64,000 nt of DNA, taken from Macrostomum lignano (lineage: Eukaryota). Positions 36,054-48,029 of this stretch are shown here, one piece after another (positions within the stretch are counted from its first letter, which is position 1; each line of letters starts with the position of its first letter). A program made the position numbers and the translations under genes. The stretch spans positions 124,001 through 188,000 of the forward strand of contig NIVC01001831.1 of assembly GCA_002269645.1 (NCBI GenBank), read 5' to 3'. The notes under the pieces were generated by a model. That model made no database searches. It was not told the DNA's origin and was given only the letters and a program-made list of their open reading frames with translations.

Positions 36054-39000
36054 ATTATTACTTTATTAATATTATTATTAATATCACTTATTATTCACTG
36101 AATTTTATATTTCAAATTTAAAAAAACTAAATTTAATAAAAGCTTTGAAGCTTAACAGAAAACGCATTTTTTAGTGTCTTCAGTTATAGTCCAATTTGTT
36201 TTAATGTGTAGCGCTGCATGTCGGTGCGGGGCGTGTTTTAGGGAGACCCGTCAAACTCAGATGGTGCCACTGCCACCACCAGTAGTCGTCACGCAGTGCT
36301 GCTTACTGCTAGTACTGTACCATTTGGTTATTACAGTAATAAGTTTAATAACCATTTGCAACTTGCATTGGCTGATAGGCTTAGGCCACATGTATTTTGC
36401 ACTCAGCTTGCTTGGCTAATTGGCTTGAAAGTTACAGGCCCGTGCAGCCCTATATCCTATATGTAGTAGAAATACGTACATTCTGTTGCAAAATAGACTT
36501 TTTAAAGCAAATTAGGCCCCCTAAACTTGCTAAAGGCTTTTATCGAGCCTATGGCCTAATCGCTACTTAACTTTAGTAGTCAATATGGCCCTATGCTAGG
36601 CCCAATATTATGTTTTATATTTATATATAATATTCCTAGTGTTGTAGGCCCTAGTGTATAGGCCTAGACTAGCCTAGATGTCACTTGTTTGAGTACAAAT
36701 TAGACAAGATATCTACTTTTTTCATTTTGAAAATTGGTCAAATATAGAGAATCGCTTTAAAGTATTATATTGCCTACAAATCTGAAACAACTGGACAATA
36801 AGTTACCAAACTTTTTGTATCTTTTTTCAAAATTTTTGTAAAGTATTTTTCTTGGATTGGATAGCCTAGGGCCTACTATAAAATTGTTCATTAAATTATT
36901 TTTTGCTTGAATTTAATTTTTTTTGTTCCAAAATATGAAACAAGTTAAAGTTTAATATATATTTTAGCAGCTAAATTGTTTATTAGAGTCTATCACTATA
37001 TCACAACACAAAAGTACTGTTTTAATGTTTAGTAATAATTTGACTATGTAATTTTATGCAGAATATATCTCCATAATATTTGAATTTATATACTGATATC
37101 TTAGGAACTCTTAAAATAGTTTTATATGCACAAAGCATGAAGATAATTATGGTCAAAAGGTTATAATATGTAAAAGGACCTTTAAAGAGAGATGCATGAG
37201 ATTGAAAAATTAGTTGCCAAGCTACTAATATTAGGATTCAAGTTAAGCCATTGCTTATTTTTGTAGAGATAGCTATTCCAGTATTCTTATAAAAAGTTTT
37301 TAGTAACTTTTTTTTCTAGGTTGTATACTATTATCCTATTTAAACTTCAAGTAGGTCTAGTATTTTTGCATCATGGTATAGCAATTAATTATAATAAACA
37401 AATTAATTATCAATACATTTATTGTTTATTAACTGTTATTGTTAATTTGTTTTACATTTTGGGCTCTAAAAAAGAAAAGAATCAGACTATTCAATGCAAA
37501 AATTATTTAACAAACAATTCTATTATAGGTAGACTTCAATAAGGTTTTGAAATTTTTTTGAATTCAGTTTTGTTTATAACAAAAATAAGCTAGGCCTATG
37601 TTATTGAGGTGGCGGCGGTTTAGACTTGGAGGTGGTCGGGATTTTCCGGTGTTCACTTGATCTGATGTCGAATTGAGCGGCTCAGGCCTTCGATTGGGCG
37701 CGGTCGTTATTTCGCACGAATTAAATCCGGAAAGTCTGCGTGAATGGATCCCGATGAAAACAACTCGTAGATACTCCGTCTGCCAGGGTCCTCAATCCCA
37801 GGGGGAGGGTAGTTTTGGTCGTAGGCGAGCGGCCTTTGTTTGGCGCGAGTGTTCAGATGGCGGGTCCTCAGACACCATAAATTGAATGTGTCTTGTATTC
37901 TTGTTGTGTTACTAACAGTAGAGTAGCGCTGCCACCACCGTAATTTGCGTATTACGGAATGTTGAAGTCTCAGAGCTTGCTTTGAGGTGAGACTGGGTTA
38001 TTTCATGCCCCATGGGCAAATAACTTAAGTTAAACTATGGCTTTTAATCGAAGAAATGGATTGCAGTAGATTAATGCGAGTTTATTGACTATCGAGTTAG
38101 TATAAAAGAAAGCTGAAATATTAAACTAGGCCTCACGCGCGTAAAATAAGAGACCACCGACGACAGATGAATCAGGGGTGCCGAAGTGCGGGCTTACTTA
38201 AAACTAAGTTAGGTTTTCTTTTCTTCAAGTAATAGACTACGTTAACTAAACGTTATTAAGTTAAGGGCGTGTCAGATAGGGACGACAGAGTAGGAGAAAA
38301 GGGGGAGAGAGCAAGAGCATGAGGGGAGGACAGGCGCAAGGGGCGGGAATAAATACCCAGGAAACAGGTCACAAAAAGGCTTGCAAGGCCCAGAAACTGG
38401 GGAAGGGCGAAAACTCAAAAGGCCAAAAAGGGGAATCAACAAAATTACCGCAGAAATACATAGTCAAACAAAAGGAAAACACAATTTGGTCATATAACGC
38501 CAGAAAATGGGACAAGGGGAACAGAAAGGGGGCAAAAATACGTCATGACTTGCGCCAGGGAGTGGACTAACAGGGACCAGAATAGGGTACGCATAATTTT
38601 ATTGTCCAGAAACTGTAATGTTATTAAGAAACCATATGAGCCAATAATCAATCGGTGGTACCCAACTACCACATGCGCCGGCGGGCCGTGGGTGACAGGA
38701 CGAAACTGAAGCGCTCCCGCGCTACGGGTGTCAGCCGCGGTTGGTGGTGGCCTGGCCGCCGCAGTTGGCTTGGCGAGTACCGCGGGCTGCGCCGCGGGCC
38801 GCCCCGCGGGTGGCGCCGCGTCTGGCGCCAGACAAGTCCCCATGGCCGCTGGCCACGTTCGGCTGTTCTTCGCCACTGTCCCCGCTCTCACCGTCGTCGT
38901 AGTCCTGATTGATGACATAGATCCGGCCGTCCTGGTAGTGTAGTCTCGGGACGCTTCTCGACCGCCGCGTCCTAGAAGGCGCAGAGCCGAGGCGTCCACC

Positions 39001-40480
39001 CGCTACTCAGGAGGCCGGCCTCCCAGAAAGCGATGGCGACGAAAAGAGCCATCGCCAGGCGGGGGTGGCCTCGTCGCTGTCGTAGACAGTCTTCAGCCTT
39101 CCGGAGAATCTCCTCCAGAATGTCTCGGACGTTCTCCGGCTCCATCATTCGGCATAACAGGCGCCAGGGCTAGTCAATTCTTAGTCTCCCCCGCCGAGCC
39201 ACCTGTTGTAATTCATTCTCAAGCTCATCTTTGAGCCGGGTCCTCGCCGGGGCGGTCCCAGTGGCAGTGGCCACGTAGGCCCAGAGCGTCTCGGCCTCGC
39301 CGGGGCGGAGCCAATAGGCGGCGGTCGGAGTTGCCGGAGCCTCGAGGTTGACTTGGGCGGAGCCATTATGCACTGCTGGCGGCTGGTGCTCATCAAACAT
39401 CTCGGCTTGACTTGTTGTTGGCAGTTGCTCTAGGTGATTAGTCCGCAGTCAATTGAAGTGGCGACTTGAGCTGGCAATAAATTTTCTTAATTAGGAGACC
39501 GATGGCCTGATGATTTGCTGGACGAAATCCAATTTGGAGAAATTTAGCGCTAAGAAAATTTTATCGCTTATATACTTCCATGGTTGGGCCAGATAATGAA
39601 CAAAGGGGGCCAGAAAACGGTCAATGAAAAAAATACACACACACCTTCCACTGCGCATTGCAAAGTGGCTTGGAGATTGGGGGGGGGGGAGAGAAATCAA
39701 GGGGCAATAAAATGATAAACTTCTAGAGAGGGGTTGCGGTGCCGCCTATTTAGGGTTTAGGCTGGATGCCAGAGGAATTGAAAACGAGAAGGCCCCAAAT
39801 GGGCTCACACGAATGGGGGGGGGTAGCAAAAGGGGCGGCGCATCAGAGTTTGCAAATACAAGTTAGAAATTTAGACAACTGACCATTAGTAACAAACTGA
39901 GGTTCCTAACCAGCTTTAATATTAGGAAAGCTGAATAATAGTTTAACCGAAAAAGGCAGAACTCCATGAGAAGCTATACAAACAAAAGAGGAAAAGGACA
40001 CTAGGAGAATTTTCCTAGGCTCGGCTCGATCTGAACAGAGATCAGGAGCCTCGAGTCACCTTAGATGCCCCCACTGGGAACAGAGCCTCGAACAAGTGGG
40101 CCTGGCCCGGGTGCGGCAGGGCAGTCAAAATGGCGGGTTGAACAAAATTACCTTCAGCTTTAATCAAAGAGCTGAGAAGGTTTACAAAATAACGAAAATT
40201 TAGCATGCAAATATATTACAGAGATGAGCATACAACTTAACTGCACTTTGGGCATGAACAGAAATTTACCGCAAAATTTCGCGGATCAAATGGGAAAAGT
40301 CATGCCAAAAATATTGTATCGCATGGGGATAAATAAACACACTTGTGCCGGCTTTTACCAGAAAGCCTAAGGCTAAATAGGAAACGCAAGGGTGCAGCCT
40401 ATTGTAACGCATCGCATAAGCATGAGCACGTAGAAATAGATAGATGCTGCTTTTAACCGGAAAGCTTAAGGACAAATTAT

Positions 40481-40612
40481 AGAAACTGCCTTTATCCCTC
40501 AGGCATAAGGTAAAATTACAGAGAAAACTGCCTTTATCCCTCAGGCATAAGGTAAAATTACAGAGAAACTGCCTTTATCCCTCAGGCATAAGGTAAAAAT
40601 TACAGAGAAACT
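40481..40612. repeat. Three tandem copies of a ~41-bp unit (AGAAACTGCCTTTATCCCTCAGGCATAAGGTAAAATTACAG)
   Basis: Read directly; lies just 3' of the second Gypsy integrase. Confidence 0.9.
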
Positions 40613-40746
40613 CTAACCTTCAGCACATTAGCGGGTGCAGAGAAGGTTTTACAGCGGCAGGGAAATAAACAAATTTGCAAATGTGGCTACTGGCAGTAGT
40701 GCGCAAGTAAAATTCGCAGAAAGGCGCACATATATAAATTTTGCGG

Positions 40747-43700
40747 TTAATTACCTTGAATTTCGACCTCCATTCCGATGTCTGGCAGGTCCGGGTCGTC
40801 TTCTTCTAGCACTTCAGGATGGCGCAGGCTGGGTTCAAATAATTGGCTGCCTCGCAGATCAGGCTGAGCTGCGGCCTGCGGCTCTAGTGCGGGCTGATTA
40901 ATTGAATCCGTTTCACTTTCCTCGCTCGACTCGCAGGGCAACATCGGCCGCTCAGTCGGTTGCGGCGGCTCCTGTGGTCGTTCAGCCATTGAGTGCGGCA
41001 CTTTGATAATATTGTTCCGGTGTACGAGTACTTCGGCTGGGCGTCCTTGTCGTGCTGTGGCAGGTCCGATCCAATAAGCGACTTCGCCGACTTTCTTCAC
41101 GATCTTATACATGCTCTCATATGGCCGGTGGAATTTTGGCAGATCTCCCAGCTCGAGCTTCAGGTTGGCCAGGCAGACCAGATCTCCGGGCTGCAGTTCT
41201 ACTGGCTTCGGCTGGTTTTCGTAAAGTACTCTTCTTGGCGTTGGATCTCTGCTCTCAGTCGCTGGCGAACAATGCGCTCAGTTTCGACCAGTCTGTGCTG
41301 ATGTTTAGCGATATACTCCAGGAGGTCAGCTGATACGTCTAGGCGGTCTAGGGTGTTGTCGATAGGGTATCGATAAGGCACTCCGTAGACTACATAGTGC
41401 GGCGAGAACCCGGTGGTACGGTTGATGGCGGATCCTAGTGCAGTCAAAGCAGCTGGCAACATTTTGTCCCACTGTTGGTGGTCTTCAAGGAGACAGGTGA
41501 GCACTTTCTTAATATTCTTATTGCACGATTCGGCTTGTCCGTTTGCCCAGGGCGAGTATGGTGGCGTCGTTGTCTGCCTTATACCGTAGACTTCGCAGAA
41601 GTGTCGGAACTCATGCCCCGTAAATTGCTTGCCTTGATCCGAGTGAATCCAAGTGGGAATTCTGGTGATCGGAAAGACTTGCTCTTGCAGGAGTGTGATT
41701 ATCGTCTTAGCGCGCTGGTTTTTCATGGCGAAAGCGAATGGGTACTTCGACGTCGTGTCGACGTAGGTGAGGATGTACTTATTTCCGCAATCTGTTGGAT
41801 CTCCAGTGGGGCCCAAGATGTCAATAGCGCATCGCCCATAGATTTCACAGACCGGGAACAACTGTACATGTGCCGGAATTCTCCGCCGTCCTTTGCTTAA
41901 AGTGCAGGTCTGGCAGGAAGCGACATAGTCGGACACTGCCTTGGCCAGGGCAGGTCGCCAGAAACGCTCGCGCACTTTAGCGATGGTAAGGTCTTGGCCC
42001 ATGTGTTCGCAGTAGGGCAAACCATGCAGATCGGCGAACATGGTGGCATCAAGACTCTTTGGCAGGACGATTCGCGCTTCTTCCTCTTCTCTGACATCGT
42101 CGAGATGTATAACTAATAGTCCATCGTCTCGGACTTCTAATTGTTCGTAAAACGCTAACAGGTTCCATTCATCTCTCGTCATGTTCAGACGTTGATTCAT
42201 CGGCGGTTTCGGTTGTCGGGTTTCCAATAGATTGATCATTATGGCGATGGCAGAGTCAGCACGCTGATGGGTCTGGAGCTCCTCGCGAGTGACTGGCCTC
42301 GGGATGTGATCTGTTAGATTCAGGGTACGGCGTCTGTCTGTAAGATTTGCTGGCGCGGCATCGGCTGTGGCGGCATGGTTTGGGGTCGGGAGCTCCCAAC
42401 GCATGGTCGCTACTTGGACCGGTGGCCGGGCCGTTGCTGTATTTGAAGGCCGATCTGTGTCAGTGGCTTCGGCGTCACTGTCGTTGGAATTTGAATCGTT
42501 AGCAGATAATGATGAGTCAGCAAAGCTGTCGGCGTCGCTGCTGAATCTCACCTTCTTGAACTTAGGGCAGCAAGCGGGTTGGCAGCGGTCATCTCTGGCT
42601 GCACTGTGGTCACTGTCCTCGTCACCTTCAGCTAGTAGTCGGCGGCTCCTAATGGGGCAACATGTCGAACTGCTAAAGCTGGTGGGCGCCCTCTGTGAGT
42701 CCCGGTAACGACTGGCAGATGGCCTCGACTTTGTCGCCGGCGGATGCAGCTCTGTCAGCGGCTTGCTGTCGGCTGTCGGTGTTGCGGGCGGCATAGTCTC
42801 GCTGTTGGACTCAGTTGATTTTGTCAGCGGCTTTTGTCGGTGACGGCGGGTCGGTCGCTTCTTGCTCGGTGGAGGACTAGGGTGGCTGCTGTCGTGGACC
42901 TTCGGCGCTGCTGCGCCAGTTATCGCGGCTGGCTGCTTACTTTGGTCCTCGACTGCGGCCTTGCGCTGAGCCTCCTCCATGCATTCGGCGTCGTCCTCAG
43001 GCCATCTCAAGAGGCCGTCGGCATTATGATGCTGACTCGACTTTTGGTGCTGGATCTCGAACTCGAATTTGCTTAGGCATTGTAGCCATCTTCCAAAAAT
43101 TCCAACCTGTTGAGTTCGTCTCAGGATCCAGGTTAGTGCGGCATGGTCGGTTCGGCAGATGAACTTCTTGGCCAGCAGGTAGAAGCGGAAATGTCGCATC
43201 TGAATTTTCTTTTCTTTGATCAGATCATGGAGCGGAGCTGCAAGTTCTGCATAGCTGGGTACGAATTTAGCATAATAAGCGCACGTGCAGACAAAGCTTT
43301 TAAGTTGCCGGGCTGTTCTTGGTCTTGGCCAGGTTTGGATTGCTTCAATTTTTGCCGGATCGGTCTTGATGCCGTCCTTAGTTACTAGGTGTCCTAAATA
43401 ATTTAGAATTTACCGAAATAAATGGGACTTCTTGCCTTTGAACTTTAAGTTGGCGTCTTGCACTCGTTTGAAAACTTCTTCCATATGTTGAAGATGGTCG
43501 TTGAACTTCTTGGAGTAGACGATGACATCATCTAAATAGGCAATTGCACTTTTGTAGGCTATCCCGTTGAGCACAGCATTCATAAGTCTCATGAAGCTGG
43601 CTGGAGCTGAACTAAGTCCCATGGGCATAACATTGTAGGCAAATTGTCCGCGGTGCAGCATAGCGAATGCCGTCAGATCTTGATCTTCTGGACGCAGAGG

Positions 43701-44036
43701 AATCTGATAGTAGCCGCTATTCAAATCAAATGTACTAAACAGCTGGCTCCCTTCGAGGCTGGCGAACGCTTCTTGAATATTAGGAATCGGGTACAGAAAG
43801 TACTCACATTTCTGATTCAAACTCCGAAAGTCTTGTACAATCCTCAGGCTGCCGTCCTTCTTCGGGATGATCACCAGCGGGGTGTTATAGCTGGAAAAGC
43901 TTGGTCTGATCACGCCTTTGGCAAGAAGATTGTCTAGCAGCTGATCCACCTTCGGTAACAGATGTGGCGGAATCCTTCGCGTCGGCAGGTGTACTGGATC
44001 CTTGTGATCCTTGGTGACTGAACGAATAGTGATGTG
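40747..44036 (-). mobile_element. Degenerate, 5'-truncated Ty3/Gypsy pol (RT, partial RNase H, integrase with C-terminal GPY/F-like module)
   Basis: RT LRIVQDFRSLN, FDLNSGYYQI, AYLDDVIVYS with an in-frame TAA at ~43410; YLGHLV; RNase H tail RTDHAAL...NADGL; integrase H-H-C-C, IDILGP, HSDQGKQF, NGQAESCN; YKIVKKVGEVAY..VHRNNI. No gag or 5' LTR. Confidence 0.9.
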
Positions 44037-44090
44037 GTTATTTGTCTCTACTAGATAATGGCCATGCTTTCCTATTCATCCAGTTAATAT

Positions 44091-44408
44091 TGGAAAATAG
44101 GCATTTTGTTATTTGTCCAGTTAAATTGATAATGCTAAAATATCTATTTTATAGAAACTACAAGGGTGAGTATTCCTAGACTTCAAAGACTTTTTACTTA
44201 TATCTTGATTATTATGTTGTTATACTAGTGTGTGTCTACACCAAATTATGCCAAATTGAATACACTGCTTTGCTTACACTAGTATACAACAAAATATGAA
44301 TCAGTATATGAGAAAAGGTCTTAAAAAATCTAGAATATTCATCACAAAACAAATAGATACTTGTGTTAGCAATTTAACTGGACAAATAGCAAAAAGGCTA
44401 TTTTTCCA
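44091..44408. mobile_element. Degenerate inverted-repeat element (old MITE-like)
   Basis: 44091-44149 (tggaaaatag...ttgtccagttaaattg...tatctattt) is the approximate reverse complement of 44351-44408; no TSD identified. Confidence 0.5.
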
Positions 44409-45263
44409 GTCACTAGACAAATAACAACTGCCTTTATATTTATAAAACATAGTTTTGAAAATGTCTAACTAATAACTATACTCATTGCTGGAAGCACATG
44501 GTATGTGTATTCAGTATCTAGCCCTATTTTATTTAGTTGACCTTAAACAATAGACCTGCATCTTCTTGTCTAATAAGTGTGCTCAGACCAAATGCCATCT
44601 CTGAGTTTGTGGTAATCAGTGCTCCCAAATCCATGTTCCATAAACTTGATTCTTAATGTTTCGCATACATGCGCAACAGTCGGTTGGCCGATCTGGCTGA
44701 CCAATTTGGCAGCCAACCAAGGAAATCACAAAAATGCCCACCCGAATAAATACCCAAGTAGTACTAAGTAGATGACGAGGCATTTTGCCTTTATAAGACA
44801 GTCATAGTTACTCCTACCGTCTACCCAAAGTTGCGTTATTTATGCTTTAGGCTTTCTTTTACATGTAAGTCGCATTTTTAGTCAAAAACTATGTCGCATT
44901 TTTTGTTAAAACTAAGTCGCACGGCCGACCGAATTTTGGAGGTTGCGCATGTATGATGTTTCACTTCTCCTAAAGCCTCAGTACTCAATCTGAGCACAAT
45001 GTGCTTTCAACTTGGCTCTCTTAAATTTTTACTTAGTAACAATGAATAGTCCTAAATTAAGGATAATGATCAATATGTAATTTTATACTAGGCTAATGCA
45101 TTATGACTAACTGACTAGAGCCTATATTCCTGCATGTTTGCAGTTGCAGCAGTTGCCTCAATTGTAGTTCATTCTTCCGCCCATTGGCATCTAGCACTGA
45201 GCACCCTGCCCCTACACCATAGTCACTGAATCTCGCATTCTTCAAAGTTATCTCCAATCATCA

Positions 45264-45401
45264 ATGGGCAACTCGGACAGTCGATCTCGGACACCGTCCG
45301 CCCGCATGGACGATGGCGGCCAGCTGCCCGGCGGGGGTCCGCGCCGCGGCGGCTCTCTGGACCTGCCTGACGAGGCTGTTGATTATCCTGCGCTGATCAA
45401 G
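45264..45401 (+). CDS. PRKAB1: AMP-activated protein kinase beta subunit, exon 1
   Basis: MGNSDS N-myristoylation-type start; donor AAG|GTGAGC in phase 0. Confidence 0.75.
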
Positions 45402-45819
45402 GTGAGCCTGGCCTGGGGCTTCTGTGCTGCTTGGCCTACTGATGAGTAGCGAGAGACGAATGTGAAACGAATTTCTCTGGGCACTGGTAGCTAAACACGA
45501 GGGTAAAGTCGTTAATGTCATTTGTAAGGTCGATCCGCCATTGGCAGATAAAAATTGGGAGATTGGCACTCTACCCCATTTTTCCGGGATCGAGACGAGT
45601 GATGCCAAATATGTTATCCGTGCATCAATATGAAATATACATCGTTTAAAGCAGGAAATAAAATTTTGAAAGGTAATAAAAATTGCTGTCTGTTGTTTGA
45701 AAAACAAACAAAGGCCTGAGCGCCAACATAGCCGACTAAATCCCGGGCGCCGGCGTCAGCCAGCGGGCAGTGGACGAAACGGCGAGTGAGCGCCTGTCCT
45801 CGGCGGTAGGGTGCCTGCA

Positions 45820-46040
45820 GCGTCAGCGGGGATGATGTGGCCTGCCAGCCGGAGTCGCTGAGGACGCAGCAGGTCGCTTTGATAAACGAGACCGGTGCGA
45901 CGATGCAGTGCCGTGTTGGTCACTTGCTCTTCGGCTCGATCTTGAAGGCTGCGCTAAGCTGGCGAGCGGCCGCCGCGGCAGCTTGCCGTTCGGACGAGTC
46001 CGTGAGCGTACAGGTCTCGGCCACGTCAGCATAGTGGCGG
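45820..46040 (-). mobile_element. RTE-like non-LTR retrotransposon (LINE) 3' fragment in AMPK beta intron 1
   Basis: Two frames give YADVAETCTLTDSSERQ...RQLSAAFKI and VTNTALHRRTGL..SDLLRPQRLRLAGHII, matching the RT C-terminal pattern 'YG.ETWTLT...N..L..RT....RRLR.AGH..' of RTE-type LINEs. Confidence 0.65.
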
Positions 46041-46162
46041 ACAGATCGTTAATGCCATTTGGCATGACACCGGGGAACCGCAGTAGCCAGTTCCGATTAC
46101 TAGAGCATTATTTGAAGGCTCGCAAGGATGCAGCCAGAGTATTTTCAATTTAATCCCCTCAG

Positions 46163-46344
46163 CAAAGCAGCGTGGAGCAGGAATACGGATTTCGCATTCG
46201 GGCTGAGACAATCAGCGAGCAGCCGGGCGATCACGTGACGGCCAGCAAGCTGCCCACCGTGTTCAAATGGAGCGGCGCTGGCAAGGAAGTCTTTCTTAGC
46301 GGGAGCTTCAACAACTGGCAGGCCAAGATCCCCCTGGTGAAGAG
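46163..46344 (+). CDS. PRKAB1: AMPK beta, exon 2 (start of carbohydrate-binding module)
   Basis: Acceptor cccctcag|CAA; LPTVFKWSGAGKEVFLSGSFNNW; donor AG|GTGGGT. Confidence 0.92.
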
Positions 46345-46626
46345 GTGGGTAAACATTAAGGGAATGACCGGGCCTTGGCGTTTGATAGGGAGGCTTGAGT
46401 AATGGTGGGGGTCGTTGTGAGCCCTGGAAATTTCTGGTGCGGTCACCTAGGAATCCAGGACATCATAACTTCAGGTGGGGACATCATGACCCCGGGGAAT
46501 CCGGATGGGACATCATGAACCCAGGGAATTCAGGTGGGCATCCCATCTTGGCCAGCTACTCGAACCCTGTTCCAGCTGCAGTAATCAGTATTACAGTACT
46601 CGCACTGCATTCCCGCCCAATTGCAG

Positions 46627-46720
46627 CCAGGACCACTTCTACACCATTGTGGACTTGCCCGAGGGCGAGCACGAGTACCAGTTTATTGTGGACGGCAAGT
46701 GGCAGGCCAATCCGAAAGAG
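46627..46720 (+). CDS. PRKAB1: AMPK beta, exon 3
   Basis: Acceptor ttgcag|C; FYTIVDLPEGEHEYQFIVDGKW; donor GAG|GTAAGC; phases consistent. Confidence 0.93.
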
Positions 46721-46976
46721 GTAAGCATGCTGTTCGCTTGTTATACGAAAATGTTAGGAACTCTGCTTTTACATCTTTGGCACACGTTCTTCAAACCCCC
46801 GGTCAGTAGCCCCTCTCCCGGCGGTTCATTCCATCGCTAAGCTGCTCTGCATTGATAATCCTGGATTTGGTTAGCTTGCATGGAGCTGTGCCATTCTATC
46901 CCTACTGTTGACAGTCGAAGGGCTGCATGCTCCATTCTACTTACTAAGTAGTTCACACACAATTCCGCCTCGACAG

Positions 46977-47426
46977 CCGACCCGTCAAAATGCCGGCCGC
47001 GGCGGACCGCTTAACAATGTCCTCGAGGTGAAGTCCTCGGATTTTGAAGTGTTCGAAGCTCTGGCCATGGACATCGCCGAGAGCACGCAGTCCAAGGAGC
47101 ACGGTCAGTCTGAGGTGTCCGAGCGCCTGCGGCACCGGTCTGGCAGCCCGCCGGGCCGCTACACCAGCCAGGTGCCTTCTGGCTCCGCCAGGCAGCCGGC
47201 CGGGCCGAACCGGGCGCCCCCGGTGCTGCCGCAGCAGCTGCTGCAGGTCATCCTGAACCGGCCCACCGACTCGCGGCTGGACCCCAACCTGCTGCCCGAG
47301 CCCGAGCACGTCATGCTGAATCACCTGTACGCGCTGAGCATCAAGGATGGCGTCGTGGTGCTGTCAACTATCCACCGGTATCGCAAGAAGTTTGTTACCA
47401 CCGTCATGTACAAGCCGTGCGACTGA
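46977..47426 (+). CDS. PRKAB1: AMPK beta, exon 4 (C-terminal alpha/gamma-binding domain)
   Basis: NNVLEVKSSDFEVFEAL, PPVLPQQLLQVILN, LLPEPEHVMLNHLYALSIKDGVVVLSTIHRYRKKFVTTVMYKP. Confidence 0.95.
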   Translation, partial: PTRQNAGRGGPLNNVLEVKSSDFEVFEALAMDIAESTQSKEHGQSEVSERLRHRSGSPPGRYTSQVPSGSARQPAGPNRAPPVLPQQLLQVILNRPTDSRLDPNLLPEPEHVMLNHLYALSIKDGVVVLSTIHRYRKKFVTTVMYKPCD

Positions 47427-48029
47427 GCTCCGCCTGGGTGTGCCAGTAATAAGCGCTGCGTTTTGGTGGCTGGTCCAGTAGATCAGTGTTTTAACCAGAT
47501 AGATTGGCAAATGTTTTATACTTGCATTGAACTTGTATCCAGATTGTCTTCGTGTATTGTCAGTTGCTCGAGTCACAGTTGCTTTATCTGGCATTAGTCT
47601 TATCTGTGTACAGCTTACATAATTGCGAGTGGGAGCTATTGTGGAGTATTTTGGAGAATAGGGTGGCTTCTTGCTATGCTATTAAATAGTATCACTAATT
47701 TACCTAACGTTGAATTTTTAGTCTGTAACCAAACTCAATTATTTTTTTCTTGCGCTTCAACAACAATAAGACGAAATGGACGCAATCCAAGTGCTGCAGG
47801 GTTATTCATCTCCAGTCAGTTTGCCTGCTGTTTTTCTGCCATTATATCACCGAAGCGTAATTGTTTTTGCTGGTGCTGTGTTCTCTGCCCATTAGTATTC
47901 TATGCTCATATTTCTGTCAATTAATTCCCGAGATCAATGCCTTCTAAATTGCCTGACTGCTGACATCTTCACTCAGCCTCCTCTTAATGAATACTCTGCT
48001 ATCGGATACTATAAAGATGTGAGCATATG

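Noticed and set aside
37599-38300. Possible 3' LTR of the second Gypsy, and a TGGTGTC PBS-like motif on the minus strand near 37877
   Set aside because: There is a compositional boundary at about 37600, but no second LTR copy, clear PPT or TSD, so the boundaries cannot be supported.
45439-45470. CTGATGA…GAAAC hammerhead-ribozyme-like core in AMPK beta intron 1
   Set aside because: No convincing stem II closes before GAAA and I found no stems I/III. A similar CTGATGA near 56314 lacks the GAAA.
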